A DNA stretch of 64,000 nucleotides from positions 6,193 to 70,192 of the forward strand of contig JAHEIE010000119.1 in the NCBI GenBank assembly GCA_024639505.1, read 5' to 3'. Shown here piece by piece: positions 47,962 to 57,016 of the stretch (its first letter is position 1; the number at the start of each line of letters is the position of its first letter). The translations under genes and the position numbers were made by a program. The notes beneath the pieces were generated by a model, which did not search any database, had not been told where the DNA came from, and saw only the letters and a list, made by a program, of their open reading frames with translations. Source of the stretch: Crocinitomicaceae bacterium (GTDB lineage Bacteria; Bacteroidota; Bacteroidia; Flavobacteriales_D; CAJJDF01).

Positions 47962-49329
47962 ATGATATTAGATTCTACAGATACAATTTGTGCGCTTTCT
48001 ACCGCTAACGGTATGGGTGCGATAGCCATGATAAGAGTTTCAGGAGAAAGGGCGTTTGAAATAGTATCTTCTGTTTTTTCAAAAAAAATAGAAATTCAAA
48101 AGAGTCATTCGGCACATTTTGGAGTAATTAAAAATGTAACTGAAATCATTGATGAAGTGGTTGTAACCGTTTTTAAGAATCCGGCTTCGTTCACTGGTGA
48201 AGATGTAGTTGAAATAGCTTGTCATGGTTCAGTTTTTATTCAACAAGAAATTCTAAAACTATTACTATCCAAGGGTTGTAGACTCGCCAAGGCAGGGGAG
48301 TTTTCGATGCGTGCATTTGCGAACGGAAAGTTTGATTTGTCCCAAGCCGAAGCCATTTCAGATTTGATTTCTAGTACGACTGAAGCCTCTCATAAACTTG
48401 CGATGCAGCAAATGCGTGGAGGATTTTCAGACGAAATAAATGGATTGCGAGAAGAATTGGTGAATTTTGCTTCGCTCATTGAGTTAGAATTAGATTTTAG
48501 CGAAGAAGATGTAGAGTTTGCGGATAGAACTCAATTTAATGAATTGTTAGTGCGTATTTCTGCGAAATTGAATAGTTTGATCGATTCTTTTTCATTCGGA
48601 AATGCGATAAAAAATGGAGTGCCAATTTCTATCATTGGAGCGCCAAATTCAGGTAAATCTACTGTACTGAATCGTTTTTTAAAAGAGGAAAAGGCAATTG
48701 TTTCCAACATTGCAGGAACGACCAGAGACATAGTAGAAGATGAAATAATAATTGAAGGAATTAAATATCGATTTATTGATACCGCAGGAATCCGTGATAC
48801 AGAGAATGAGATAGAAAAAATAGGGATACAACGAGCGATAGAGAAAGCTGGGAAGTCGGCTATTATTTTGTATTTATTTGATTCGAATGAGGATCTGGAG
48901 AAAGTGAAACGTGAGTTTGAGCTATTAAAATCACAACTCACAGACGAGACTATCGATGTAATTTGGGTGGCAAATAAAATCGATTTGCTCGAAGATGCGT
49001 CTAAATTAAATGAGATTGATTGCATTAAAATATCCGCTTTTGAAGGAGAAAATTTGGAAGTGCTTACTCAAAAAATTATTGAGATAACAAATTCAAAACA
49101 ATCTCAAGAACAGCAAGTTGTGGTAACTAATGTGCGTCATTTTGAGGCTCTTACAAAAGCCAATAATGCCATAATTGAAGTAACCAATGCCCTCGAAATG
49201 GGAATTCCAGGAGATTTGGTAGCAATAGATATACGTCAATCACTGCACTTTTTGGGGGAGATTACCGGGGAGATATCTACAGATGAATTACTAGGGAATA
49301 TTTTTAGTAAATTCTGTATTGGGAAGTAA
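47962..49329 (+). CDS. mnmE: tRNA uridine-5-carboxymethylaminomethyl modification GTPase
   Basis: 'DTICALSTANGMGAIAMIRVSG', G-domain 'IIGAPNSGKSTVLN' and 'DTAGIR', and the C-terminal 'FSKFCIGK' motif. Confidence 0.92.
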   Translation: MILDSTDTICALSTANGMGAIAMIRVSGERAFEIVSSVFSKKIEIQKSHSAHFGVIKNVTEIIDEVVVTVFKNPASFTGEDVVEIACHGSVFIQQEILKLLLSKGCRLAKAGEFSMRAFANGKFDLSQAEAISDLISSTTEASHKLAMQQMRGGFSDEINGLREELVNFASLIELELDFSEEDVEFADRTQFNELLVRISAKLNSLIDSFSFGNAIKNGVPISIIGAPNSGKSTVLNRFLKEEKAIVSNIAGTTRDIVEDEIIIEGIKYRFIDTAGIRDTENEIEKIGIQRAIEKAGKSAIILYLFDSNEDLEKVKREFELLKSQLTDETIDVIWVANKIDLLEDASKLNEIDCIKISAFEGENLEVLTQKIIEITNSKQSQEQQVVVTNVRHFEALTKANNAIIEVTNALEMGIPGDLVAIDIRQSLHFLGEITGEISTDELLGNIFSKFCIGK

Positions 49330-49452
49330 GACTCAAAATCTTTGATTAATTCCATAATAATCGTGATTGTAATTTAATGAATGAACCATGCTAAAAATCT
49401 TCTTAGTTCATCCTCAATTTATTTTTAACTTCGCATTCAAAGAAATTACATA

Positions 49453-50499
49453 ATGCTCAACACTAAACGAACTTTCATCGAAAAGATTACCTTACAAAAA
49501 GTAGGAAGTAAACTCCGTGAAGAAATAAATGTGCTTACCCACCAAGAACAACAGCTTACTGAAGAGGAAGAAAAAGCATTGAAAGGTTTGTTTTTGAGTT
49601 CGATAAGGGCTTCTCAAGATCTCCAGAAATTTGGTCATCACATTGGGTTGGAATATAATACGGTGTATGATTTGTGTGCAAAGTATTTTGATGGGAAACA
49701 GGAGTTTGTTCCTTTTTCAAATTCTATTCTTCATCATTTATACGAAAACTCCAATCATCCGCAGATAAAAACAGGAGAACTGTTTGTGGTAGAGTTTCAG
49801 GATTTGGAATTTGGCGATATTATTACAACTGGAATTGGGGTTTTTAAAATTGAGAAAAAACTAGAATACATTAACTTCAACCATCGAAAAGATGGAGTAG
49901 ATTTTATCATCGAAAAAGGGGTGAAGCTTCAAAAAATTGACAAAGGTTGCTTGATTCTAAATACAGAAAAGGACAATGGGTTTAGAGTATTTTCTGTGGA
50001 TAATAATTCTTATGATGCCGCTTATTGGAAGCAATCTTTTTTGGGCTTGGAGGATGTATTGAACGATTCTTACCAAACGAAACATTATTTGAATTTAATC
50101 AAAGATTTTTCTTCCAATTTGGTAGAGGAAAATGATTCGTATGCCCAAAAAGACTTCTTGAACCAAACGATAAGAGTATTTAACGACAACCTATTCATTA
50201 CCAAAGAAATTATTGAGGAAGAATTACTTGAGCCTTTTGAGATAAAGGAGAAATTTGCAGAATACAAAGAGAATTACAAGCTTGCCAACCAGGTAGAATT
50301 GGAAGAGAGTTTTACAATTTCGCCCGAAACCTTAAAAAAGGAAAAAAAGAAAATTAAATCTGAAATATCATTGGATACAAGAATCCAAATTAAGATAGAT
50401 GTGGATGAGATTGATACAGTGAAAGAAAACATCGAAAGAGGGTTTGACGATGAGAAAAAAATGCACTTTTACAAAGTGTATTTTAATGAGGAGTTGTAG
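49453..50499 (+). CDS. nucleoid-associated protein (NdpA/YejK-like)
   Basis: 348 aa. The N-terminal 'ITLQKVGSKLREE' resembles the 'HRVGNK' start of Bacteroidota NdpA-family proteins. Assignment is from recollection of the family, not a search. Confidence 0.5.
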   Translation: MLNTKRTFIEKITLQKVGSKLREEINVLTHQEQQLTEEEEKALKGLFLSSIRASQDLQKFGHHIGLEYNTVYDLCAKYFDGKQEFVPFSNSILHHLYENSNHPQIKTGELFVVEFQDLEFGDIITTGIGVFKIEKKLEYINFNHRKDGVDFIIEKGVKLQKIDKGCLILNTEKDNGFRVFSVDNNSYDAAYWKQSFLGLEDVLNDSYQTKHYLNLIKDFSSNLVEENDSYAQKDFLNQTIRVFNDNLFITKEIIEEELLEPFEIKEKFAEYKENYKLANQVELEESFTISPETLKKEKKKIKSEISLDTRIQIKIDVDEIDTVKENIERGFDDEKKMHFYKVYFNEEL

Positions 50500-50642
50500 T
50501 TATAAAACCACTCTTCGAGACAATTTTCTATCGAGAATTCCTAAGGGTTTAGCTCAGCAGAACTCTTCGTGCTATGAACTTGTTCAAAATATATCGGCCT
50601 GTCTCGAGAATTTTGGGAAAGTCCAATTTATGATAAGAAACC

Positions 50643-52046
50643 CTACAAAACCACTTTCTCGAAATTCCCGTTGCGGAACAATGTTTTGATTACCGATTGG
50701 TAATCTCGGTCTGGATTAAAAACCTCTGACATCAATTTTAGTGAACCAATATTCAATGGAGTTTTTGCTGAAACAAATCCAAACCCTGTAAGTGTTCCGT
50801 TTTCGAGTAAAACAAAACCTTTTTCGCTGGCTTTTCTTCCCTTAGCGATAAAAATTCCCGTTTCATTGGGCGAGCCATATTTCTGTTCAAATTTTTCTAT
50901 TCGCAAATTATAGTCATCCGCGCTTTCCTCTTCTATGCAAGCTCCGTGGCAATCGTGGAGTTGATACCTAAAACAAGAACCTACTCTGTTTTGGTTCTCC
51001 AATCCATTTATTTTTTGACATAATTCGTATGTGTCAATTGTTTTTTTGATAAATTCCATTGCTTCTCTCCGCGAAGTGAAATCAATCACAGTTTTTCGGT
51101 CTTTGGTCACATTTACAGTTTCTAAAACATGGTATTTCTGTTCTCTGTTTACAATGACTCCAAACGGAAATTTTGTTTTGGTCTGCCTCCGGTTGTGCTT
51201 GGGCAAATGAGTTTTAATCGCCAAATTTTCGTACAACAAAGCGAGTGTTTCATTTCCCGTAATTTCAAAATCTACCGTATGAATATTTTCAATAATTGCC
51301 ATTCCTTTTTTGGTTTGGTAATTATTCAAGTGGCTTTTTACTCTTTTTTTGATGTTGATGCTTTTTCCGATGTAGATTATTTTACCCTCATAATTTTTGA
51401 AATAATACACTCCTGGTTTCCCCGGAAGTTTATCAATTCCAATTTTCATCGAAAAATCATTGATAATTTCTGCTTTTTTGTCTTGCTCCTTTATCAGATG
51501 AAATATCTCGGTCGTAGCAGCTGTGTCGGCCATTGCACGGTGATGGCTGGTAAGAGTTATTCCCAAAGATCTACTTAGTTTTCCTAAGCTATACGATGGA
51601 AGTCCCGGAAAAACTTTGCGCGACATACGAACTGTGCAGAGTTTTTCTGCCTCAAAATCAAATCCCAAGTCTTTGAATTCTCTTTTGATGTGTCCGTAAT
51701 CAAAATTTACGTTGTGGGCTACAAAAACCCTACCAGTAAGGTACTTCAAAATCTCTTTGCCAACCTCAAAAAATCGCGGAGCCTCCGCAACCATGCTATT
51801 GTCAATACCCGTAAGTCGTGTAATGTTGTATGGGATTGGAACTTCCGGATTTATGAGAGTTTCGTATGAATCCTTTATTGTGGTCCCATCCGTAATAATA
51901 ATCGCAATTTCGGTTATTTTACTATCAATAGGAGTTCCTCCTGTGGTTTCTATATCTACTACTGCGTATTCCAAGTGGATGTTTTTTATAAAAGTAAAAA
52001 ATTCGCCCTTGGTTATTTCAGTTTTACCAAAAACAATTCTTTTCAA
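50643..52046 (-). CDS. DEDDh 3'-5' exonuclease (DnaQ-like) fused to a GIY-YIG nuclease domain
   Basis: Exo I 'YAVVDIETTGG', Exo II 'VFVAHNVNFDYGHI' and Exo III 'HRAMADTAATTEIF'. These are followed by 'PGVYYFKNYEGKIIYIGKSINIKKRVKSH' (GIY-YIG) and a ~180 aa C-terminal region. TTG start directly after the ung stop. Confidence 0.75.
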   Translation of the reverse strand: MKRIVFGKTEITKGEFFTFIKNIHLEYAVVDIETTGGTPIDSKITEIAIIITDGTTIKDSYETLINPEVPIPYNITRLTGIDNSMVAEAPRFFEVGKEILKYLTGRVFVAHNVNFDYGHIKREFKDLGFDFEAEKLCTVRMSRKVFPGLPSYSLGKLSRSLGITLTSHHRAMADTAATTEIFHLIKEQDKKAEIINDFSMKIGIDKLPGKPGVYYFKNYEGKIIYIGKSINIKKRVKSHLNNYQTKKGMAIIENIHTVDFEITGNETLALLYENLAIKTHLPKHNRRQTKTKFPFGVIVNREQKYHVLETVNVTKDRKTVIDFTSRREAMEFIKKTIDTYELCQKINGLENQNRVGSCFRYQLHDCHGACIEEESADDYNLRIEKFEQKYGSPNETGIFIAKGRKASEKGFVLLENGTLTGFGFVSAKTPLNIGSLKLMSEVFNPDRDYQSVIKTLFRNGNFEKVVL

Positions 52047-52730
52047 TTAAAGATTATCGAGATTCCAATCAATTTTCGCTTTTCCTTTTTTCTCCAAATA
52101 ATCATTCGTTTTGCTAAAAGGTTTAGATCCAAAAAAGCCACGATGAGCCGAAAAAGGGGAGGGGTGAGCTGAGGTAATAATCAGATGTTTGGATTCATCA
52201 ATTAAAGTAGCTTTTTGCTCCGCAAATTTTCCCCAAAGGATAAAAACAACAGAGCTTTTAGCATCAGAAATTGTTTTGATAACAGAATCGGTAAAAATCT
52301 CCCAGCCCTTTTTTTGGTGACTTCCAGGCGTAGATTTACGCACAGTCAATGTAGTATTTAGCAGTAAAACTCCTTGCTTTGCCCATCCAATTAAGTTTCC
52401 TTGAAAAGGAACTTGAATTGTTAAATCTGAGCTCAATTCTTTGTAAATATTTCGGAGCGAAGGTGGGAATTTCACACCATCCGGAACCGAAAAACTAAGC
52501 CCGTGAGCTTGTCCATCTCCATGATAGGGGTCTTGTCCCAGTATCACCACTTTAGTGTTTTCAAAAGAACAAGTTTCAAATGCATTAAAAATAAATTTCT
52601 CTCGAGGAAAACAGGTCTCTTTCCGATATTCTTCGGAAACAAATTCAGTAAGGCGAGCAAAATAATCAGACTCTATCTCTTCAGAAAGAACTTTTTTCCA
52701 ATCGTCAGTCAGTTGAGATTTTAGATTCAT
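52047..52730 (-). CDS. ung: uracil-DNA glycosylase (family 1)
   Basis: 'VVILGQDPYHGDGQAHGLSFSV', 'LLLNTTLTV' and 'HPSPFSAHRGFFG'. Confidence 0.92.
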   Translation of the reverse strand: MNLKSQLTDDWKKVLSEEIESDYFARLTEFVSEEYRKETCFPREKFIFNAFETCSFENTKVVILGQDPYHGDGQAHGLSFSVPDGVKFPPSLRNIYKELSSDLTIQVPFQGNLIGWAKQGVLLLNTTLTVRKSTPGSHQKKGWEIFTDSVIKTISDAKSSVVFILWGKFAEQKATLIDESKHLIITSAHPSPFSAHRGFFGSKPFSKTNDYLEKKGKAKIDWNLDNL

Positions 52731-52779
52731 TTTCCTTTAATTGAGATTTAACTTCGAGCTTCCTTTTTCAGACTCCTAA

Positions 52780-53688
52780 CTATCCATCGTACCCAAACTG
52801 ATTCAGTTTATTGTCTTTTTCTTTCCAGTCCTTGTCCACTTTCACGTACAAATCCAAGAAAACTTTTTTACCAATAAATTCCTCAATGTCTTTTCTCGCC
52901 TCAGTCCCCACTTTTGTCAATTTACTCCCTTGGTGACCAATTATTATCCCTTTTTGAGTCTCTCGATTTACAATGATCAACGCACGAATTTTGGTAATGG
53001 TCTTTTTAGATTTTCCCTCAGTAGGCATGTCTTCTTTGTATTCTTCCACCACCACTTCGCATGAATAAGGCACTTCTTTGTTGTAAGTCGTAAATATTTT
53101 TTCTCTAATAATTTCCGAGATAAAAAACCTCATCGGTTTGTCCGTCAATTCATCTTTTGGGAAGTAAGCTGGCGATTCGGGCAACAATTCTTTTATTTTT
53201 TGAATTACAAAATCAGTATTCACTTTTTCTAGTGCCGATATCGGTAAAATTTGCGCTCCAGGCATTAATTCAGCCCACAAAGCCACTTTTTTCTCCACGA
53301 TTTCCATGTCTTTGGCTAAGTCAATTTTGTTAATCAGCACAAACTTAGGTACATCCATGTCAGTTATTTTTCTCAATGTTTCAGCGTGATTCATCGAGTC
53401 TTCAAAAATATCTGTCACCAGCAAAATAATGTCGGCATCACGCAACGATTCGCTTACAAAATTCATCATTTTTTCATGAAGTTTGTATTTTGGTTCCAAT
53501 ACTCCAGGCGTATCCGAATACACAATCTGAAAATCGCTACCATTTACCAATCCTCTGATTCTGTGGCGAGTAGTTTGATGTTTCGAAGTAATAATCGACA
53601 TTCTTGCTCCCACCAATCCATTCATCAATGTGGATTTCCCAACATTAGGACTCCCTACAATATTTACAAACCCTGCTTTGTGTGCCAT
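52780..53688 (-). CDS. era: GTPase Era
   Basis: 'GFVNIVGSPNVGKSTLMN', 'DTPGV', 'INKIDL' and a C-terminal KH domain 'ALIIVNRETQKGIIIGHQGSKLTKVG'. Confidence 0.92.
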   Translation of the reverse strand: MAHKAGFVNIVGSPNVGKSTLMNGLVGARMSIITSKHQTTRHRIRGLVNGSDFQIVYSDTPGVLEPKYKLHEKMMNFVSESLRDADIILLVTDIFEDSMNHAETLRKITDMDVPKFVLINKIDLAKDMEIVEKKVALWAELMPGAQILPISALEKVNTDFVIQKIKELLPESPAYFPKDELTDKPMRFFISEIIREKIFTTYNKEVPYSCEVVVEEYKEDMPTEGKSKKTITKIRALIIVNRETQKGIIIGHQGSKLTKVGTEARKDIEEFIGKKVFLDLYVKVDKDWKEKDNKLNQFGYDG

Positions 53689-53986
53689 AATTTTTTTTCA
53701 ACTTTTAGTCTACAAAGAAACGAAGAATATTCGTTTTCTACTCATTTATCACGGTTCAAGCGTTGTATTGTCGTTTTATTTTGGGCGTTTCCCGATAATA
53801 CGTTTTCATAAACCTGCCGCAGCTATAAGAATCGGGACCGGGCTTTCCGCACTCGCTTCCCGGGAAAAACAAGAGAGCTCAAACAATTGCTCCAATCCCT
53901 AACGCAAAACAGCTGAAGCAAATAGAACTGGGTTAAATGTTTAAAAACTAATCCTCAAACAGCAATCACTTTTCACTCAAATTATC

Positions 53987-53994
53987 TACATTTG
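53987..53994 (+). promoter_or_regulatory. -7 box TACATTTG, 4 nt upstream of the holB ATG
   Basis: Exact TAnnTTTG. The ATG is at 53999. Confidence 0.35.
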
Positions 53995-53998
53995 AACC

Positions 53999-55117
53999 AT
54001 GCTATTTAAGGAAATCATCGGTCAAGAATTAGTGAAGCAAAACCTTATCCAAACGGTAAATGCCGAAAGGATAAGTCATGCTCAACTTTTTCATGGAAAA
54101 TTAGGGTATGGTTCGTTTGCATTGGCGTTGGCTTACACCCAATATATTTTCTGTACCAACAAAACTTCACAAGATTCTTGCGGAGGTTGCGCTTCTTGTC
54201 TCAAAATAAGTCAGCTCTCTCATCCCGATGTGCATTTTTCATTTCCAGTACAATTAGAGGCGAAAAAGAAAACCTCTGACGATTTTGTAAGTGAATGGAG
54301 AGAAATGATACAAAATTCGGCTTACTCTTCGGAGCAAGATTGGTATCACAAAACTGGGAACGAGAACAAAAAAGGATTGATTGGGGTAGACGAAAGCAAA
54401 AGAATTGCTGAAAAGATCAGTCTCAAATCCTACGAGGGAGGTTACAAAGTGAGTTTGTTTTGGTTGGCCGAAAATATGAATGCCGCAGCTGCCAATAAAT
54501 TGCTAAAACTCATTGAAGAACCACCAGAAAAAACTTTGATTTTTCTCTGTGCAGAAAGCATCGAAAGCATTTTACCTACTATTCTTTCGCGTACTCAATT
54601 GATAAAAGTAAGTCCGCTCAATGATGCTCAAATATCGCAAGGATTAACAGAGATTTTGGGAGCAGATAATCAAAGAGCAACCGAAATAGCATGTTACGTA
54701 AATGGCGATTTTTCCTTAGCGACCAATGAGCTAGAAATGGGCGAAGAAAAAAGTTTTTATTTCGATTCGTTTGTTTCCTGGATGAGACTTTGCTTTAAAA
54801 AAGATGTGGCTGGAGCAGTTAAATTTGTGGCAGAGGTACAAAAAATGGGAAAAGAAAAACAAAAAGCATTTTTACTTTTTGTGTTGTCAGTATTTCAAAA
54901 AAGTTTGATGGGGAATTTTGTAGGAATGCAAAATGTGAAAGCTACAGAAGAACAAAAGAAATTCATTCAAAATTTCATGCCATACATTCACGAAAGAAAT
55001 ATTGGTCATCTTCACGAAATAATGTCCGAAGCTTATTATCACATCGATAGAAACGCCAATGCCAAAATTTTATTTTTGGATTTGTCTTTCGATTTATTCA
55101 AGTTAATCAAGAAATAA
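53999..55117 (+). CDS. holB: DNA polymerase III subunit delta'
   Basis: 'ISHAQLFHGKLGYG', the Zn module 'CGGCASCLKISQLSHPDVH', 'NAAAANKLLKLIEEPPEKTLIFL' and 'LPTILSRTQ'. Confidence 0.8.
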   Translation: MLFKEIIGQELVKQNLIQTVNAERISHAQLFHGKLGYGSFALALAYTQYIFCTNKTSQDSCGGCASCLKISQLSHPDVHFSFPVQLEAKKKTSDDFVSEWREMIQNSAYSSEQDWYHKTGNENKKGLIGVDESKRIAEKISLKSYEGGYKVSLFWLAENMNAAAANKLLKLIEEPPEKTLIFLCAESIESILPTILSRTQLIKVSPLNDAQISQGLTEILGADNQRATEIACYVNGDFSLATNELEMGEEKSFYFDSFVSWMRLCFKKDVAGAVKFVAEVQKMGKEKQKAFLLFVLSVFQKSLMGNFVGMQNVKATEEQKKFIQNFMPYIHERNIGHLHEIMSEAYYHIDRNANAKILFLDLSFDLFKLIKK

Positions 55118-55356
55118 GATCATCCTTTTTCTTGGTTGTAATTTTTTATTATCTACTTTTTTAACGAGTAAACTATACAACCTTTTTTTTTGAGAAAAGG
55201 CTAAAATACATCAGGTAAAATACCTCAAAAAGGAATAGTTTTCAGTACATTTGATATTCATAACTTACGTAAATTCCGCTTTGGAATTCAAAAAGTTACT
55301 AGTATTAACAAAGCAACTAATTTATATAGAGTTAGTTTCAAAAATAGAAGATAATA

Positions 55357-56544
55357 ATGGGATGTTCATCATGCTCAAATAATAAATCTGGTGTTCCAAA
55401 CGGTTGCAAAAGCAATGGTTCTTGTGGTACAGGCGGATGTGATAAAATGTCGGTTTTCGACTGGTTAGAAAACATGCAAATTCCTACGGGAGAAAAACCT
55501 TTTGATATTGTTGAGGTTAGATTCAAGAACGACAGAAAAGAATATTACAGAAATTCTGACGGATTGAGTCTTTACCAAACAGATATTGTAGCGGTAGAAG
55601 CAGCAAGTGGCATTGATGTGGGAGTAGTTTCGCTCAAAGGTGAACTAGTAAAATTGCAACTTAGCAAAAAGAAAATCACTGAAACAAGAAGTTTGCCTGC
55701 TATCTTAAGAAAAGCGAACGAGGAAGATATCAAAACTTGGCACGCAGGAAGAGACGAGGAAAAGCGAATCATGCCAAGGGCAAGAACAATAGCGATTGAG
55801 GAAAAATTAAAAATGAAAATTAGCGATATCGAATTTCAAGGCGATATGAGCAAAGCTACATTTTACTACACAGCAGACCAGAGGGTAGATTTTAGAGAAT
55901 TAATAAAAAAATTCTCATCAGAATTTAAGGTGAGAATCGAGATGAAGCAAATAGGAATGCGACAAGAAGCTGGTAAGCTCGGTGGAATTGGTTCTTGCGG
56001 AAGAGAATTGTGTTGTTCAACTTGGCTTACAGATTTTAGATCTGTAAACACATCAGCAGCAAGGTATCAGCAATTGTCTCTTAATCCCCAAAAATTAGCC
56101 GGACAATGTGGAAAGCTGAAATGTTGTTTGAATTTTGAATTGGATGCCTACATGGAACTGATGAAAACATTTCCTAAACCAAACACAACATTGCAAACTG
56201 AAGGAGGAAAAGCGCGTCACATGAAAACTGATGTTTTTTCTCAAACGATGTGGTTTTCTGTAGAATCGAAAGATAGAAACAATGATTTTATTGGACTATC
56301 TGTAGACCGAGTGAAGGAAATTATTGAAATGAATAAAGCGGGGAAAAAGCCTGTGAGTTTGAAAGAATTTGTAGACTTTGAACCAGTAGAAGAAGAAAAG
56401 TATGCTGCGGTAGATGCGCAAGATAGTTTGACTCGATTTGATGATAATTTCAAGAAGAAAAAGAAGAAACGTAAGCCAAACAACAAGAATCGAAACAACA
56501 GAAATAAGAATTCTCAGAAACCAAAATCGAATGACGCGAAATAA
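55357..56544 (+). CDS. PSP1 domain protein (RicT/YaaT-like) with Cys-rich N-terminus and K/N/R-rich tail
   Basis: 'MGCSSCSNNKSGVPNGCKSNGSCGTGGCDK', 'DIVAVEAASGIDVG', 'FYYTADQRVDFRELIK' and 'LGGIGSCGRELCCSTWL..GQCGKLKCCLNFE'. It lies downstream of holB, as in Bacillus (holB-yaaT). Confidence 0.8.
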   Translation: MGCSSCSNNKSGVPNGCKSNGSCGTGGCDKMSVFDWLENMQIPTGEKPFDIVEVRFKNDRKEYYRNSDGLSLYQTDIVAVEAASGIDVGVVSLKGELVKLQLSKKKITETRSLPAILRKANEEDIKTWHAGRDEEKRIMPRARTIAIEEKLKMKISDIEFQGDMSKATFYYTADQRVDFRELIKKFSSEFKVRIEMKQIGMRQEAGKLGGIGSCGRELCCSTWLTDFRSVNTSAARYQQLSLNPQKLAGQCGKLKCCLNFELDAYMELMKTFPKPNTTLQTEGGKARHMKTDVFSQTMWFSVESKDRNNDFIGLSVDRVKEIIEMNKAGKKPVSLKEFVDFEPVEEEKYAAVDAQDSLTRFDDNFKKKKKKRKPNNKNRNNRNKNSQKPKSNDAK

Positions 56545-57016
56545 TTCTCTTTTTCTTCTGTTTGTTGGAGCGATTATGATATTTTCATCTTGCAAGGGAG
56601 AGGATATTTATTTCCAAAAATATGAAACTATCCAAAGTTCGTCTTGGAACAAGGAGGAGGTGAAAGTATTTGATTTTGACATTGTGGATACAACAAAACT
56701 ATACGAGTTTTACCTCAATTTGAGAAATAACAACGAATATGGTTATGGGAATATTTTTGTATTTTGGACGTTACAATCACCAGATGGACGAACAAAAACA
56801 GATACAGCTCAATTTATTTTGGCAAAGCCAAATGGTCAATGGCTTGGGAAATCAGCAAGTGGAACAGTGATTGAGAATAGTATGTATTTTTTAAAAACAA
56901 AATTACCTACACGAGGTACTTATTCATTTGAATTTGTACAAGGAATGAGAGACGAAAATTTGGAAGGGATAAAAGATGTGGGATTAAAAATCAAGAAAAA
57001 GGATGAGCCAAGATAA
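56531..57016 (+). CDS. gldH: gliding-motility-associated lipoprotein GldH-like
   Basis: ATG at 56531 gives 'MTRNNSLFLLFVGAIMIFSSC' (lipobox SSC). 161 aa. 'YEFYLNLRNNNEYGYGNIFVF..PDGR' and 'KPNGQWLGKSASG' match my recollection of the GldH family pattern. It overlaps both neighbours by 14 nt. Confidence 0.6.
   Translation: MTRNNSLFLLFVGAIMIFSSCKGEDIYFQKYETIQSSSWNKEEVKVFDFDIVDTTKLYEFYLNLRNNNEYGYGNIFVFWTLQSPDGRTKTDTAQFILAKPNGQWLGKSASGTVIENSMYFLKTKLPTRGTYSFEFVQGMRDENLEGIKDVGLKIKKKDEPR

Noticed and set aside
53805-53900. GC-rich island as SRP (4.5S) RNA, RNase P RNA or tmRNA
   Set aside because: I could not find the conserved SRP domain IV string (GGUCCGGAAGGAAGCAGCC-like) on either strand, nor RNase P or tmRNA signatures. 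It is kept only as an unexplained low-confidence observation.
56438-56530. Long upstream extension of the gldH-like ORF (MMIISRRKRRNVSQ...), and similar extensions at 36149-36202, 13168-13218 and 15589-15603
   Set aside because: The extensions lie in an alternative frame of the upstream gene or start at non-ATG codons. In each case a downstream ATG gives a canonical signal or lipoprotein peptide.
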